Shown in pieces: positions 63,781 to 64,000 of a stretch of DNA of 64,000 nucleotides; the stretch's first letter is position 1, and each line of letters opens with the position of its first letter. The position numbers and the translations under genes were made by a program. Under the pieces are notes generated by a model. The model searched no databases. It saw nothing but the letters and a program-made list of their open reading frames with translations, and was not told the origin of the DNA. This stretch comes from Candidatus Spechtbacteria bacterium RIFCSPLOWO2_12_FULL_38_22 (lineage in GTDB: Bacteria; Patescibacteriota; Minisyncoccia; Spechtbacterales; 2-12-FULL-38-22): positions 7,371 to 71,370 of the forward strand of contig MHOK01000005.1 in assembly GCA_001820055.1 (NCBI GenBank), in the 5' to 3' direction.

Positions 63781-64000
63781 TTAGCCAAGTAAAGTATTTT
63801 CTTGTTGTGGCAAGTGCAGACCCAAGTGTTTATATGCTGCAGGTGTTGCCACTCTTCCGCGCGGGGTTCTTTCTAAAAATCCGATTTGCATTAGGTATGG
63901 TTCGTAGACTTCTTCTATGGTCTCTATTTCTTCAAAAGTTCCCGCGGCAAGCGCCTGAACTCCAACTGGCCCCCCCGAAAATTTACTGATTATTATTTCC
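63781..64000 (-). CDS. ruvB: Holliday junction helicase RuvB, 3' end (runs off the window)
   Basis: Translated by hand: ..[46 protein letters not shown]. Confidence 0.96.
   Translation of the reverse strand, partial: EIIISKFSGGPVGVQALAAGTFEEIETIEEVYEPYLMQIGFLERTPRGRVATPAAYKHLGLHLPQQENTLLG

Noticed and set aside
63729-63989. 86-aa plus-strand ORF
   Set aside because: Antisense to the ruvB 3' end and starts inside a heptamer array
1-64000. Alternative genetic code (UGA=Gly, as in Gracilibacteria/Absconditabacteria)
   Set aside because: Conserved genes are full length under code 11, and TGA terminates genes such as tig-upstream hppA-like, thiI and the NUDIX hydrolase

Overview
A 64-kb AT-rich chromosomal segment from a Patescibacteria (CPR), most likely Parcubacteria-type, bacterium. 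TGA is used as a stop codon, so the genetic code is standard code 11. The window contains the replication-origin region (jag-yidC-yidD-rnpA-rpmH | dnaA-dnaN) and many housekeeping genes (gpmI, clpP, tig, nusA, efp, thiI, iscS, cca, rpsO, pnp, pcrA, rsmA, tyrS, ruvC, yebC, 3' end of ruvB). It also holds two tRNAs, the CPR conjugation-like T4SS cluster (VirB6-like, PrgI, VirB4, VirB2-like pilins) and several peptidoglycan hydrolases. The most striking non-genic signal is a dense set of tiny repeat elements. (i) A REP-associated tyrosine transposase with GGGGGTT(C/G)AACCCCC palindromes, one inside its own ORF. (ii) A ~90-110 bp hairpin family seen in empty and filled states, with a 19-bp palindrome inserted in either orientation and no target duplication; a variant of it sits in frame in rsmA. 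(iii) A four-helix-bundle gene bracketed by mutually inverted heptamer arrays, plus gene-less paired arrays. (iv) Bipartite octamer arrays. Other highlights are an intact but catalytically eroded membrane pyrophosphatase homolog, a VirB2-like pilin fused to a MepA/M74-type murein endopeptidase, a RimK-GNAT fusion paired with a Zn amidohydrolase, and a promoter-to-terminator structured non-coding region of ~460 nt. All calls come from reading motifs by eye; no database searches were run.
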